A DNA stretch of 64,000 nt from a bacterium (GTDB taxonomy: Bacteria > CLD3 > SB21). Of this stretch, positions 17,020-26,949 are shown in pieces. Numbering within the stretch: the first letter of the stretch is position 1; every line of letters begins with the position of its first letter. The stretch spans positions 124,001 to 188,000 of the forward strand of contig JABWCP010000004.1 in the NCBI GenBank assembly GCA_013360215.1. The letters are read 5' to 3'. Under the pieces are notes generated by a model. The model saw nothing but the letters and a program-made list of their open reading frames with translations, was not told where the DNA came from and did not search any database. A program made the position numbers and the translations under genes.

Positions 17020-18387
17020 ATGGGCAACAACATTACCATCGTCGGCGCCGGATTAGCGGGCTCACTATTATCGGTTTACCTAGCGAAGCGGGGTTATACT
17101 GTAGATCTATACGAACGGCGACCTGATATGCGTCAAGTCAAAATAAGCGCCGGGCGTTCCATCAATCTCGCTTTATCTACACGAGGTATTCACGCGCTTA
17201 AAGAAGTCGGATTATTTGATGAAATCAATAAAATATTAATTCCGATGAAAGGACGAATGATGCATGGTACCGATGGTGCACAAACCTTTGTGCCCTATGG
17301 TAAAGATGATACGGAAGTGATCAATTCCGTATCACGAGGCGAACTCAATATGCGATTGATGTCTTTGGCGGAATCGTTTCCCGGCGTGAAAATCCATTTT
17401 AATCAGCGTTGCACGGGGATGAATTTTGAAACAGGCGAAGTTTTTTTTACTAATGAATCCAACGGTGAAAAACACAGTATTCTGTCAGAACGTGTTATCG
17501 GCACCGATGGATCTGCCTCTGCGCTTCGGTCTGATATGATGCGTTTAAATAGATTTAATTATTCTCAATCCTATCTTGAGCATGCCTACAAAGAGCTAAC
17601 TATACCTCCATCTAAAGACGGTTCGTTTCGACTTGAGAAAAACGCCTTGCATATTTGGCCACGCAAAACGTTTATGCTTATAGCTTTACCCAATACGGAT
17701 GCGAGTTTTACATGTACTTTGTTTTTATCGCTGGAAGGGCCGGAAAGTTTTTCAACTTTGGATACACCCGAAAAAGTGACTTTGTTTTTTAAGAAATATT
17801 TTCCCGATGCATTAGAGCAAATGCCGGATTTAACGGATCACTTTTTTGAAAACCCGACCAGTTCTCTGATGACGGTCAAAAGTTTCCCGTGGAGCTATGA
17901 AGATAAAGTCGTACTTCTGGGTGACGCGTCGCATGCGATTGTTCCTTTTTTTGGTCAAGGGATGAATTGTTCTTTCGAGGACTGTTCTGAACTAAATCGT
18001 TTTATAGGCACTTACCCAGGAGATTGGAAAAAGATTTTCAAAGAATTTGAAAAATCGCGCAAACCAAATTCCGATGCGATCGCCAATCTTGCAGTCGAGA
18101 ATTTTTATGAGATGCGTGACTTGGTCGCTGACCCTCGGTTTTTATTGAAGAAAAAAGTTGAACATATATTAGAGGAAAAATTTCCGGACTATTTTGTTCC
18201 TAAATATGCAATGGTTACGTTTCACCGTATTCCGTATTCTGTTGCTATGGAACGAGGAAAAATTCAAGATATTATTTTGGGTGAAATAACTACCGGCATC
18301 CATGATCCTCATCATATTGATATCGCCATTGCAGAACATTTGATCAAAACACGATTAACTCCTTGGTCGGATGTAATTAGGCTCTAG
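17020..18387 (+). CDS. kmo: Kynurenine 3-monooxygenase
   Basis: GAGLAG, GRSINLALSTRG, LHIWPR, LLGDASHAIVPFFGQGMN, NFYEMRD. Confidence 0.95.
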   Translation: MGNNITIVGAGLAGSLLSVYLAKRGYTVDLYERRPDMRQVKISAGRSINLALSTRGIHALKEVGLFDEINKILIPMKGRMMHGTDGAQTFVPYGKDDTEVINSVSRGELNMRLMSLAESFPGVKIHFNQRCTGMNFETGEVFFTNESNGEKHSILSERVIGTDGSASALRSDMMRLNRFNYSQSYLEHAYKELTIPPSKDGSFRLEKNALHIWPRKTFMLIALPNTDASFTCTLFLSLEGPESFSTLDTPEKVTLFFKKYFPDALEQMPDLTDHFFENPTSSLMTVKSFPWSYEDKVVLLGDASHAIVPFFGQGMNCSFEDCSELNRFIGTYPGDWKKIFKEFEKSRKPNSDAIANLAVENFYEMRDLVADPRFLLKKKVEHILEEKFPDYFVPKYAMVTFHRIPYSVAMERGKIQDIILGEITTGIHDPHHIDIAIAEHLIKTRLTPWSDVIRL

Positions 18388-18627
18388 GAAATTTTTTAAA
18401 CTATTAAAGTTTATTGTTTAGCCTAGCATTTTGCCACTTGCCTGTTGTCTTGCTGTTAACATGATTAACAGGAACAACCTCCCATCGTATCACACAAACT
18501 TTCGCGCGTTACACAGCGAACTACATTCCTCATTAAAGAACCAATCATTATTTTGAAGGTTTTGGAAAGAAACAAATCTCCAAAAAATCCGTGTAAGATT
18601 TTAATTTGATGAAAATGGAGAGAATGT

Positions 18628-19311
18628 ATGAGTACAGCACGCTTGGCCGGATTTTTATATTTAGCGGTAGTGTTGACGGGAATGTTTTCCTTAGCATATG
18701 TGCCCTCTGTACTCATTGATTGGAATAATGCCTCGGTTACTTATAACAATATAAAAAGCGCAGAAACGCTATTTCGGTTAGGTATTGTGGCCGGAATAAT
18801 ATGCTACACAGCTTTTGTATTGTTACCGTTTGTACTCTATAAACTACTGAGCCAAGTAAATCAAACATTTGCCGTTGGTATGGTGGTGTTATCTACGGTA
18901 AGCGCCCCCTTTTCTCTCGTAAATCTTTTGTATAAGGTCAACGTCTTAACCCTGATTGCAAATTCAGCAAATTTATCCGGCTCTGATCTGGAAAAAACGC
19001 AAGACCAGATTATGTTACTGCTTAGCTACTATGGTAACGGAATACAAATCGTTTCTATCTTTTGGGGATTATGGCTTTTTCCATTTGGGTATTTGGTTTT
19101 TAAGTCCGGTTTTCTTCCGAAAATCCTTGGTGTTTTTCTAATGGCGGGTTGTTTTGGATACCTTATCAATTTTACTGGCCGCTTTCTGTATCCAAATTAT
19201 CCCAGTTTGGGAATTGGCGGATATGTTTCACTTCCGGCGACTATCGGAGAGATAGGAATATGCCTTTGGTTGTTGATTGGCGGGATCAAAACGCAAACAG
19301 CATCAGAATGA
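18628..19311 (+). CDS. DUF4386-like membrane protein
   Basis: ARLAGFLYL, FWGLWLFPFGYLVFKSGFLPKILG, GEIGICLWLLI. Confidence 0.75.
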   Translation: MSTARLAGFLYLAVVLTGMFSLAYVPSVLIDWNNASVTYNNIKSAETLFRLGIVAGIICYTAFVLLPFVLYKLLSQVNQTFAVGMVVLSTVSAPFSLVNLLYKVNVLTLIANSANLSGSDLEKTQDQIMLLLSYYGNGIQIVSIFWGLWLFPFGYLVFKSGFLPKILGVFLMAGCFGYLINFTGRFLYPNYPSLGIGGYVSLPATIGEIGICLWLLIGGIKTQTASE

Positions 19312-19419
19312 ATATTCAGACGTTCTTAAACCTTTATTAAATCATGATAACGCGTTTATTTGAAAAGATATCTATAAATAAAAACAACAATTCAAATCTA
19401 AAGCGATGAAGTTGAAACA

Positions 19420-19845
19420 ATGATCAATACAAAAGAAAACGATATCAATATCAGATTTAAACTTACAGCATTGTGGACATCCGTAACCCTTTGTTACTTG
19501 TATTGTGATTATTTTCAGTTGTACGCGCCAGAAAAAGTCAAAGGTCTCATGAGCGGTCAAAATATGCTTGATAGTCCAGCAAAGCTATTAACAGCAGCTG
19601 TGATGATGGCCGTTCCGGCTTGTATGGTATTTCTAAATCTTGTTTTGTCGGATCGGCTTTTGAAGGTTTTGAATATTGTTTTCGGTTCTTTTTTTACTCT
19701 GATCATGCTTCTTATTATACCGGCTATACTAAAACCTTGGTATGCGTTTTATGTGTTTTATGCTGTGCTGGAAATCGTCATTACAATATTTATTGTTCGA
19801 ATGGCATGGAAGTGGGATATCAACAAACTGGCTAAAGTAAATTGA
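19420..19845 (+). CDS. DUF6326-like membrane protein
   Basis: KLTALWTSVTLCYLYCDYFQLYAP; four hydrophobic segments; ends AWKW. Confidence 0.65.
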   Translation: MINTKENDINIRFKLTALWTSVTLCYLYCDYFQLYAPEKVKGLMSGQNMLDSPAKLLTAAVMMAVPACMVFLNLVLSDRLLKVLNIVFGSFFTLIMLLIIPAILKPWYAFYVFYAVLEIVITIFIVRMAWKWDINKLAKVN

Positions 19846-20011
19846 CGCTGAATTCAAAAAAATATTTCAAATCTATTTTTTGGTTGGTTTAATTTTAAAA
19901 TATCCCACCTACTTTTGAATCAATTCTAGTGAGTCTCTTTCAATAGGATTTGATCGATTCTTGAAATTGATACATCAAGATCGGTTAAATGTTTGTCAAT
20001 ATCTTCGATCT

Positions 20012-20039
20012 TTGACTTTAGTCATACTTTTTATAGATT
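20012..20039 (+). promoter_or_regulatory. Possible sigma70-like promoter for the EF-G paralog
   Basis: TTGACT-16 nt-TAGATT; AGGAG upstream of ATG 20124. Confidence 0.4.
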
Positions 20040-20123
20040 TTAGTGCTTTCCTTTTACAGGCTTTTGATATTGTCCTTTCGCATTAGAGCCGAAATTGTAC
20101 ACCACTTTTAGGAGATATGCGGT

Positions 20124-22226
20124 ATGAAGACCTTCACGCCTGATAAGATTCGTAATATTTGTTTGGCATCTCACAGCGGCACAGGTAAAACGACGTTGGC
20201 TGAAGCAATGTTGTTTGTATCGGGCACCAAAAAACGATTTGGTAGTGTGGATGAGGGCTCGACATCCAGTGATTTTCACCCGGATGAAATCGAACGTAAA
20301 TTTTCTATCAATACGTCTTTAATGCATTGCGAATGGAAAGGTCATAAGATTAATATTCTAGATACGCCGGGTTATGCTGATTTTCGAGGTGAAGTGCGAT
20401 CGGCTATGCGTGTTGCCGACATGGTGATTATACCTATACGTGCGACGGCCATGCTGGACGTCGGTGCAGAAGTCGCATGGAACTATGCTGAAGAACATAA
20501 CCTGCCTGTGATTTTTTGTGTAAACGAACTGGATAAAGAAAATTCCAATTTTGATCAGACTTTTGATGTTTTGATGGAACGTTTCGGTGACGGGCGGCAT
20601 ATTGTAGAGGTTGGTTTTCCTATCGGCGAGGGACGTCCTGATTTTAATAAAATTTTTGACATCATCAGCATGAAGTTGCTGAAATTTGAATTGGATAAAA
20701 CCGGTAATTATGAAGCTCTGGATGTTCCGAGCGAATTCAAAGAACGATTAAATAAACTGCATGAAATTCTTATCGAAGATGCGGCCGAGAGTGAAGAAGA
20801 ATTTATGGAGGATTTTTTTGCAACCGGGACGCTGACAGACGAAGAGTTCAAAAAAGGATTACGCGAAGGTATTCAGGGCAGAAAAATCGTTCCTGTATTT
20901 TGTACTGATGGCATTAATTCAGTTGGTATCAAACCGTTATTGGATTTTATAGTGGATTATTGCCCTTCTCCGGCAGACATGCCTTCCGCTAACGGTCGCA
21001 CCAATACCAATGCTCAGGAGCAACGTCCTAATAAATCAGATGCTCCTTTTTCAGCGTTAGTTTTTAAAACAATTAGTGAAAACCATGTCGGTGAACTTTC
21101 TCTTTTCCGTGTATATTCCGGTACGGTCAAGTCGGGTGACGATGTACTCAATGCCAGTAAAAATGTAACTGAACGCATCGGGCAAGTTTTTTTACTAAAC
21201 GGAAAAGAGCGTGAAGACGCCGGACAGGTGGGTGCGGGCGATATAGCTGCGCTTGTAAAACTGAAAGATACCCATACCAATAATACGTTGTGTGATAAGT
21301 CCAAACCTATCGTTTACGGAGAAATTGCATTTCCGGATCCGGTAATTACTTTTGGTATTGTGCCAAAAGGTAAAGCCGATGAAACCAAAATAAGTCAGGG
21401 TTTACATACACTTCACGAAGAAGACCCGGCATTTCTTTATACCTACGACGTTGAAACGCAACAAAGTACGGTCAGTGGCCAAGGCGAAATGCATTTGACG
21501 ATCATTACCCGACGATTGAAAGAACGTTTTGGTGTCGAGGTGGATTTGGTTGACCCGAAGATTCCTTATAAAGAAACCATTCGGGGGGCAGTCAAAGACG
21601 CTGAATTTAAACATAAAAAACAATCCGGTGGTCGCGGCCAATACGGGCATGTACATATCAAACTTTCACCCAAACAACGCGGTAGCGGGTTTGAGTTTAT
21701 TGATGAAGTGGTTGGTGGTGTTGTGCCGGGGCGTTTTATCCCGGCGGTAGAAAAAGGTGTGGTCGAAGCAATGACCGGAGGTGTCGTGGCGGGTTACCCG
21801 GTCGTGGATGTAGCGGTTACTTTGTATGATGGTTCATATCACGATGTAGATTCTGATGAACTTTCCTTCAAAATTGCAGGTGCTCAAGCATTTAGAAAGG
21901 GTTTCAAAGAAGGTCATCCGATTATTTTAGAGCCGATATATGAGGTGGAGATAACCATTCCTGAAGAATATCTTGGTGCGATTATGGGTGACATTTCTTC
22001 ACGTAGGGGGCAAATTTTGGGAATGGAAGCTGACGGCCACTTCCAGATCGTCAAAGCGCAATTACCTTTAGCAGAAATCCTTAAATATGCGACAATATTG
22101 CGCTCTATGACTAGTGGTCGTGGTATGTTCCGTAAAAAATTTGACCATTACGCCGAAGTTCCTCATGAACAGGCCGCTAAACTTATGAAAGAGTATGAGG
22201 AACGTAAAGCAGCCGGAAACGGGTAA
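20124..22226 (+). CDS. fusA: Elongation factor G paralog (EF-G2 type)
   Basis: SHSGTGKTT, DTPGYADF, GQGEMHL, HKKQSGGRGQYG, DGSYHDVDS, LEPIY. Not located in an rpsL-rpsG-tuf operon. Confidence 0.9.
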   Translation: MKTFTPDKIRNICLASHSGTGKTTLAEAMLFVSGTKKRFGSVDEGSTSSDFHPDEIERKFSINTSLMHCEWKGHKINILDTPGYADFRGEVRSAMRVADMVIIPIRATAMLDVGAEVAWNYAEEHNLPVIFCVNELDKENSNFDQTFDVLMERFGDGRHIVEVGFPIGEGRPDFNKIFDIISMKLLKFELDKTGNYEALDVPSEFKERLNKLHEILIEDAAESEEEFMEDFFATGTLTDEEFKKGLREGIQGRKIVPVFCTDGINSVGIKPLLDFIVDYCPSPADMPSANGRTNTNAQEQRPNKSDAPFSALVFKTISENHVGELSLFRVYSGTVKSGDDVLNASKNVTERIGQVFLLNGKEREDAGQVGAGDIAALVKLKDTHTNNTLCDKSKPIVYGEIAFPDPVITFGIVPKGKADETKISQGLHTLHEEDPAFLYTYDVETQQSTVSGQGEMHLTIITRRLKERFGVEVDLVDPKIPYKETIRGAVKDAEFKHKKQSGGRGQYGHVHIKLSPKQRGSGFEFIDEVVGGVVPGRFIPAVEKGVVEAMTGGVVAGYPVVDVAVTLYDGSYHDVDSDELSFKIAGAQAFRKGFKEGHPIILEPIYEVEITIPEEYLGAIMGDISSRRGQILGMEADGHFQIVKAQLPLAEILKYATILRSMTSGRGMFRKKFDHYAEVPHEQAAKLMKEYEERKAAGNG

Positions 22227-22251
22227 ATATTTATAATCAGTATAGTATCCA

Positions 22252-22324
22252 AAGCCGCATCAGAAGTATCAATTTATATTGCTTTCTTTGTGATATATAA
22301 TTAGAGATATTTCTGAGGCGGCTT
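22252..22324 (+). terminator. Long imperfect hairpin after the EF-G2 gene (terminator or palindromic repeat)
   Basis: AAGCCGC-A-TCAGAA-G-TATC pairs with GATA-T-TTCTGA-G-GCGGCTT; the U-tract is weak. Confidence 0.5.
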
Positions 22325-22354
22325 CTTGTCTTTACAAGATAAGTATCGGGTTTA

Positions 22355-22368
22355 TTGATTTAAATCAA
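22355..22368. promoter_or_regulatory. FNR/Crp-family consensus box
   Basis: TTGAT-TTAA-ATCAA inside a perfect 16-bp palindrome, ATTGATTTAAATCAAT. Confidence 0.4.
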
Positions 22369-22650
22369 TGAATAATGATAGTTTTAACCCGATCTTCAAC
22401 TTGATATTGAAAATCGGCATCAAAAAAGATTTTTTTTAGCAAGTGTTGATAAGAACATATCAATTTTTGATTTACCTTTTATTGTTTGTTTGTATTTCTG
22501 TCGTATCGTAATAACTCGATAATTGACGAAACTTAAAAGACATAATAACGTGTAAGTAGCAGGTTTTTGCGAAGTTCTTTATCTCATTTTGAATGTAAAA
22601 CCCATTTAATCATTTTTATTTTGTATAAAGTTAAATTGTTTAGGAGTCCA

Positions 22651-24987
22651 ATGTTACGTTGTATTACTATCTTATGGATAATCGGATATTTTCATTCGGG
22701 AACAGTATCATCTCAGGAATATGGTTCGATCAATGGTTTTGTATATGATGCAGCCAATGGGGAGGCTGTGATCGGTGCTAATGTTTTTATCAATGGAACC
22801 AAATTAGGCGCCGTAACCAACCTCAACGGATATTATGTTATTCCCAAGGTTCCTGCCGGCATCTATTTATTAGTCGTTCAATCTTTGGGTTACAAAGACT
22901 ACACGCAAAAGATCACAGTCAAACCCGGTGACAAACTTCGTGTAAATACTCAGATTCATGGCGAAGATATTCAGGGCGAAGAAATAGTGGTTACGGCCGA
23001 CTCTATACCTACCATTATGAAGTTATTTGAGGAGCCTATTTCACGAATCGAGTTAACCGGTACACAAATCAATCAAATCCCGCAAGTCGCCGAATCGGAT
23101 CTTTTGAGGTCTTTACAGACCTTGCCCGGTATCCTTCCAGTATCCGACTTTTCATCCGAACTTTATGTTCGAGGGGGGACGCCGGATCAAAATTTATATT
23201 TATTGGATGGTACGGATGTATATAACCCGGAACATGCCTTTGGTTTGTTTTCAACCTTTAATACCGATGCGATCAAACAAGTGCAGATTTCAAAAGGCGG
23301 GTTCGGTGCAGAATATGGCGGGCGATTATCATCCATACTTAATGTTACAAACCTTGATGGAAACCGAAAAGAATTTGAAGGTAGTGCCGGTATTAGCCTG
23401 CTTTCTGCAAAAACGACGCTTCAAATGCCGATTGGTAATTTTGGATCAGTATCCGCTTCCATACGGAGAACATATTTTGACAAAACACTTGGTCAGGCTA
23501 TTGATGAAATCCCCAACTACTACTTTTATGATGGTAATATCAAAGCCTTTTTTGAACTGGATAGCCGAAACACGCTTACGATAAGCACCTACGGTGGACG
23601 GGATGTTCTCAATTTTAATTTTAATGAAAACGCCGAAGATAAGTCGGGTATAGATTATGACTGGGGCAATAAAACCGGCAGCATCCGTTGGACACGGGTA
23701 TTTAATCCCAATTGGTTTGGCAATTTTTGGGTCACAGGGAGTGTGTTTAGTTCACAATTTCATCTTGATGAGATTGTAGATGAAGACAACTTTATAAGTG
23801 ATATCACAATAAAGGGGAATATCGAATACCATCAATCCAAACAATTCATATATAAACTGGGTTTCGAGCAAAAAACCATGCACGGGAAATATCAGCAAGA
23901 TTTTCCCAACGGTGCTGTAGATGTAGATGCGCATCGCTATCTCTATACGATGTATGGCCAGACCAACTGGCGACCCAATGAAGATTGGGATATCGAAGCG
24001 GGTCTAAGGTATGATTATTTTGATTCACCCAGAGATTATCAGTTTATAGATCCGCGTTTGGCGGCTAAATATCGTATTAATGAAACGACGAACCTCAAAG
24101 CGTCGGCCGGTCGTTATCATCAGTACGTGCATCGCATACCGAGAACTTTTTTTGCCAGTATATGGACGACCACCGATCAATATCAAAAAGCATCGGAGGC
24201 ATACCACTTTATAACCGGGTTTGAAAAAACATTTGACGATGTTTATCAGGTTGAAATAGAGACCTATTATAAAAAATATAATAGTATTTATACGCTTAAC
24301 CGTTTTCTGGTGACGGATATGAAGCCGTCTTATTATGATGAACAAGGCAACCCTATTTTTACGAATACCAACGGTATTTTTAATCACGGAAACGGTAATT
24401 CGATCGGGCTTGAATTGATGCTTAGAAAAGACGTCGGTGCTTTCACTGGATGGGTGGGGTATTCGCTGGCCAGAACGGAATATAATGTGGAAGGAAAAAA
24501 TCACGGTCAGTCTTTTACACCACGACATGACCGTACACATACGATCAATGCGGTTGGAAACTTAGACATTCGTAACGGTATTAGAGTGATCCGGGGTCTT
24601 GAGGCTACCAAAGCAAACAGTCGGTGGACTCTCGGTTTTAATTTTATTTATTCGTCCGGGCAACCTATAACCCGCCCAGGCTCGCTTTATGTCATAACCC
24701 CGACGCCGGACAACGGTAATCCTGTTATTATTGAATATCCGGATGATATAAATAATTACCGTTTGCCCTATTATGCACGTTTGGACGTGAGTTTGACCTA
24801 TGAAAAACAGTTTAAATCGTGGTCTATCGCTCCGTATTTGCAAATTTATAACATCGGAAACCGAAAAAATGTTTGGTTTATAGACTATCCTTATGAAATA
24901 AAAGAGGGCGGCACGATAAAACCAAAAGTAAAAACAACCTCCATGTTTCCCATGCTTCCCAGCATCGGTATCAATTTTACATTTTAA
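22651..24987 (+). CDS. TonB-dependent receptor with N-terminal carboxypeptidase-regulatory-like domain
   Basis: AGGAG before ATG 22651; GEAVIGANV, LQTLPGI, VRGGTPDQNLYLLDG, GGFGAEYGGRLSS; C-terminal Phe. Confidence 0.9.
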   Translation: MLRCITILWIIGYFHSGTVSSQEYGSINGFVYDAANGEAVIGANVFINGTKLGAVTNLNGYYVIPKVPAGIYLLVVQSLGYKDYTQKITVKPGDKLRVNTQIHGEDIQGEEIVVTADSIPTIMKLFEEPISRIELTGTQINQIPQVAESDLLRSLQTLPGILPVSDFSSELYVRGGTPDQNLYLLDGTDVYNPEHAFGLFSTFNTDAIKQVQISKGGFGAEYGGRLSSILNVTNLDGNRKEFEGSAGISLLSAKTTLQMPIGNFGSVSASIRRTYFDKTLGQAIDEIPNYYFYDGNIKAFFELDSRNTLTISTYGGRDVLNFNFNENAEDKSGIDYDWGNKTGSIRWTRVFNPNWFGNFWVTGSVFSSQFHLDEIVDEDNFISDITIKGNIEYHQSKQFIYKLGFEQKTMHGKYQQDFPNGAVDVDAHRYLYTMYGQTNWRPNEDWDIEAGLRYDYFDSPRDYQFIDPRLAAKYRINETTNLKASAGRYHQYVHRIPRTFFASIWTTTDQYQKASEAYHFITGFEKTFDDVYQVEIETYYKKYNSIYTLNRFLVTDMKPSYYDEQGNPIFTNTNGIFNHGNGNSIGLELMLRKDVGAFTGWVGYSLARTEYNVEGKNHGQSFTPRHDRTHTINAVGNLDIRNGIRVIRGLEATKANSRWTLGFNFIYSSGQPITRPGSLYVITPTPDNGNPVIIEYPDDINNYRLPYYARLDVSLTYEKQFKSWSIAPYLQIYNIGNRKNVWFIDYPYEIKEGGTIKPKVKTTSMFPMLPSIGINFTF

Positions 24988-24999
24988 GAAAGTATAGAT

Positions 25000-25911
25000 A
25001 TGAATAAGCTTAAGTTTTTATTTTATATACCCTTATTTCTGATTACGGCTTGTGGTGAGAGTAAAGTTTCAATAGATAACATCAATTATAAACCTAAGAT
25101 CGTTATCCGGGGGTTGATTTTTCCGGGGCAACCTGTTTCCGGTATAAGTATAACTCGCAACCTGCCAATACGTGAACAACAATTGACATTGGATCAACTC
25201 ATCATCGCAGATGCCAAAGTCGTAATCACAAACCTATCGTCCACGGTTACGGATACACTCGTATTTGATCCGATTACGGCGACTTATTACGATCCGGAAC
25301 ACAATTTTTCTATTCAACATAATACAAGCTATAAGCTTGTCGTAGCAGCTCAGATAGACGGCAAAAATTTGAACGCGACCTCGGTAACGAAAGTTCCGCA
25401 GCAAGGTTTTTATATCATCGAAGAAAGTTCTCTATTAGACAGTTTGTACTATCGTGAGAGGGATGAAAAAGACAGTATCCGCACATTTACAGTTCGTTTT
25501 GAGCGATCCGTCAATGCAGAAACTTATCTTATGTCTATGAATGCCTTAGATGCGGATACTTCTACATACGTTTATTCGCCGGTAAACCCTTATTCCGATC
25601 TAAAACCTTCGGATGTTTTGAAAGATCTGGATGATTTTAAATATTCTACCCAATGGAGCTCACTTTTTGAAAACCAACCCGGTCAATCAGAAATGAGCGT
25701 ATTTTGGTTTTTCCTATCGTTTTACGGGAGATATCAGATGGTCGTGTATGCAGCGGATGAGAATTATTCAGATTTTATCAACACCTACGATCAGGTACAA
25801 GATATTGATGGTAACTACGATGAACCGGTGTTTCATATTGACGGAGATGGGATTGGAGTGTTTGGTTCGGCTATTGCTGATACGGTATATTTTAAAGTAT
25901 TGAAGCCATAA
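25000..25911 (+). CDS. DUF4249-like lipoprotein, partner of the TonB-dependent receptor
   Basis: Lipobox ITA|C; PKIVIRG; C-terminal IDGDGIGVFGS; directly downstream of the receptor. Confidence 0.7.
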   Translation: MNKLKFLFYIPLFLITACGESKVSIDNINYKPKIVIRGLIFPGQPVSGISITRNLPIREQQLTLDQLIIADAKVVITNLSSTVTDTLVFDPITATYYDPEHNFSIQHNTSYKLVVAAQIDGKNLNATSVTKVPQQGFYIIEESSLLDSLYYRERDEKDSIRTFTVRFERSVNAETYLMSMNALDADTSTYVYSPVNPYSDLKPSDVLKDLDDFKYSTQWSSLFENQPGQSEMSVFWFFLSFYGRYQMVVYAADENYSDFINTYDQVQDIDGNYDEPVFHIDGDGIGVFGSAIADTVYFKVLKP

Positions 25912-25950
25912 GATAGTGGGTATATATAGAAAAATAGATACTTAGGATTG

Positions 25951-26949
25951 TTACTTGGAGCGATTTTTATATAACACATAATATCCTGCGCCCAATAAAC
26001 CGGCTGTATTTCCTAACTTTGCCCGTACTATTTGTAGCTTTGGCTTAATAGGTTTCATAACTCTTTTGATGACTTCATTATGAATACGGCTTACAAACAC
26101 ATCGCCGGCTTCCGATAGACCTCCGCCGATGATAATTATATCGGGGTTGAGAACATGAACTATGCTCGACAACCCGGCTCCGAGATAAAAAACCATTTGT
26201 TCTACAATGTTTAGGCAAAGCGGGTCGTTCTTTTGAGCAAAATCAAAAATAGTCTTCGGGGTAATATTTTCTACCGAGGAGAGCACGGACTTATCGCCAC
26301 GAGCAATAGCAGATAAAGCCTCTTTCACGATATATTTACCGCCTGCATATTGCTCCAAACATCCTTGGTTACCGCAACCACATGGGCGGCCGTGTGCTTC
26401 GACGATCGTATGACCCAATTCTGCACCATTGTATGAGGAGCCGTGAAATATATTTCCGTTTATGATAATTCCACCGCCAACACCCGTTCCTAACGTAATA
26501 CCTACGACCAATTTATAGTGTTTTCCCTCTCCAAGCATCGCTTCGCCGAATGCCATAAAATTGGCATCATTATCAGCAAAAACAGGAAGGTTCATTTTTT
26601 GTGAAATATATTCAGCAATCGGTGCATTTTCCCAATCGGGGAGATGCGGAGTGGGTCCAAGCGAAATCCCCCGGTCGCTGTCAATAGTTCCAGGACATCC
26701 CACTCCAATTCCTTCGACTTCAAATGATTCTTTCCTACCGAACATCACACATTCATAAGCCGCATCCACCATGGTTTGCAGTATATGGTCGCGTCCGTGA
26801 TCGGCAAATACAGGTATTACATTTTGATAGATGACCTCGCCGCGATCGGAGACGATGCCATATTTTAGGTTGGTGCCACCTAAGTCCAAACCTACCGCAT
26901 AGCGGCGCGGTTTGTCTTCATGTAACAATCGGTCATTGAGCGAAATCAT
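25951..26949 (-). CDS. ROK-family sugar kinase (glucokinase-like)
   Basis: GLDLGGT, DNDAN, TLGTGVGGG, ELGH, CGCGNQGCLE. Confidence 0.9.
   Translation of the reverse strand: MISLNDRLLHEDKPRRYAVGLDLGGTNLKYGIVSDRGEVIYQNVIPVFADHGRDHILQTMVDAAYECVMFGRKESFEVEGIGVGCPGTIDSDRGISLGPTPHLPDWENAPIAEYISQKMNLPVFADNDANFMAFGEAMLGEGKHYKLVVGITLGTGVGGGIIINGNIFHGSSYNGAELGHTIVEAHGRPCGCGNQGCLEQYAGGKYIVKEALSAIARGDKSVLSSVENITPKTIFDFAQKNDPLCLNIVEQMVFYLGAGLSSIVHVLNPDIIIIGGGLSEAGDVFVSRIHNEVIKRVMKPIKPKLQIVRAKLGNTAGLLGAGYYVLYKNRSK

Noticed and set aside
22227-22650. Cobalamin or TPP riboswitch ahead of the TonB-dependent receptor
   Set aside because: No B12-box or TPP core motifs seen; only AT-rich hairpins.
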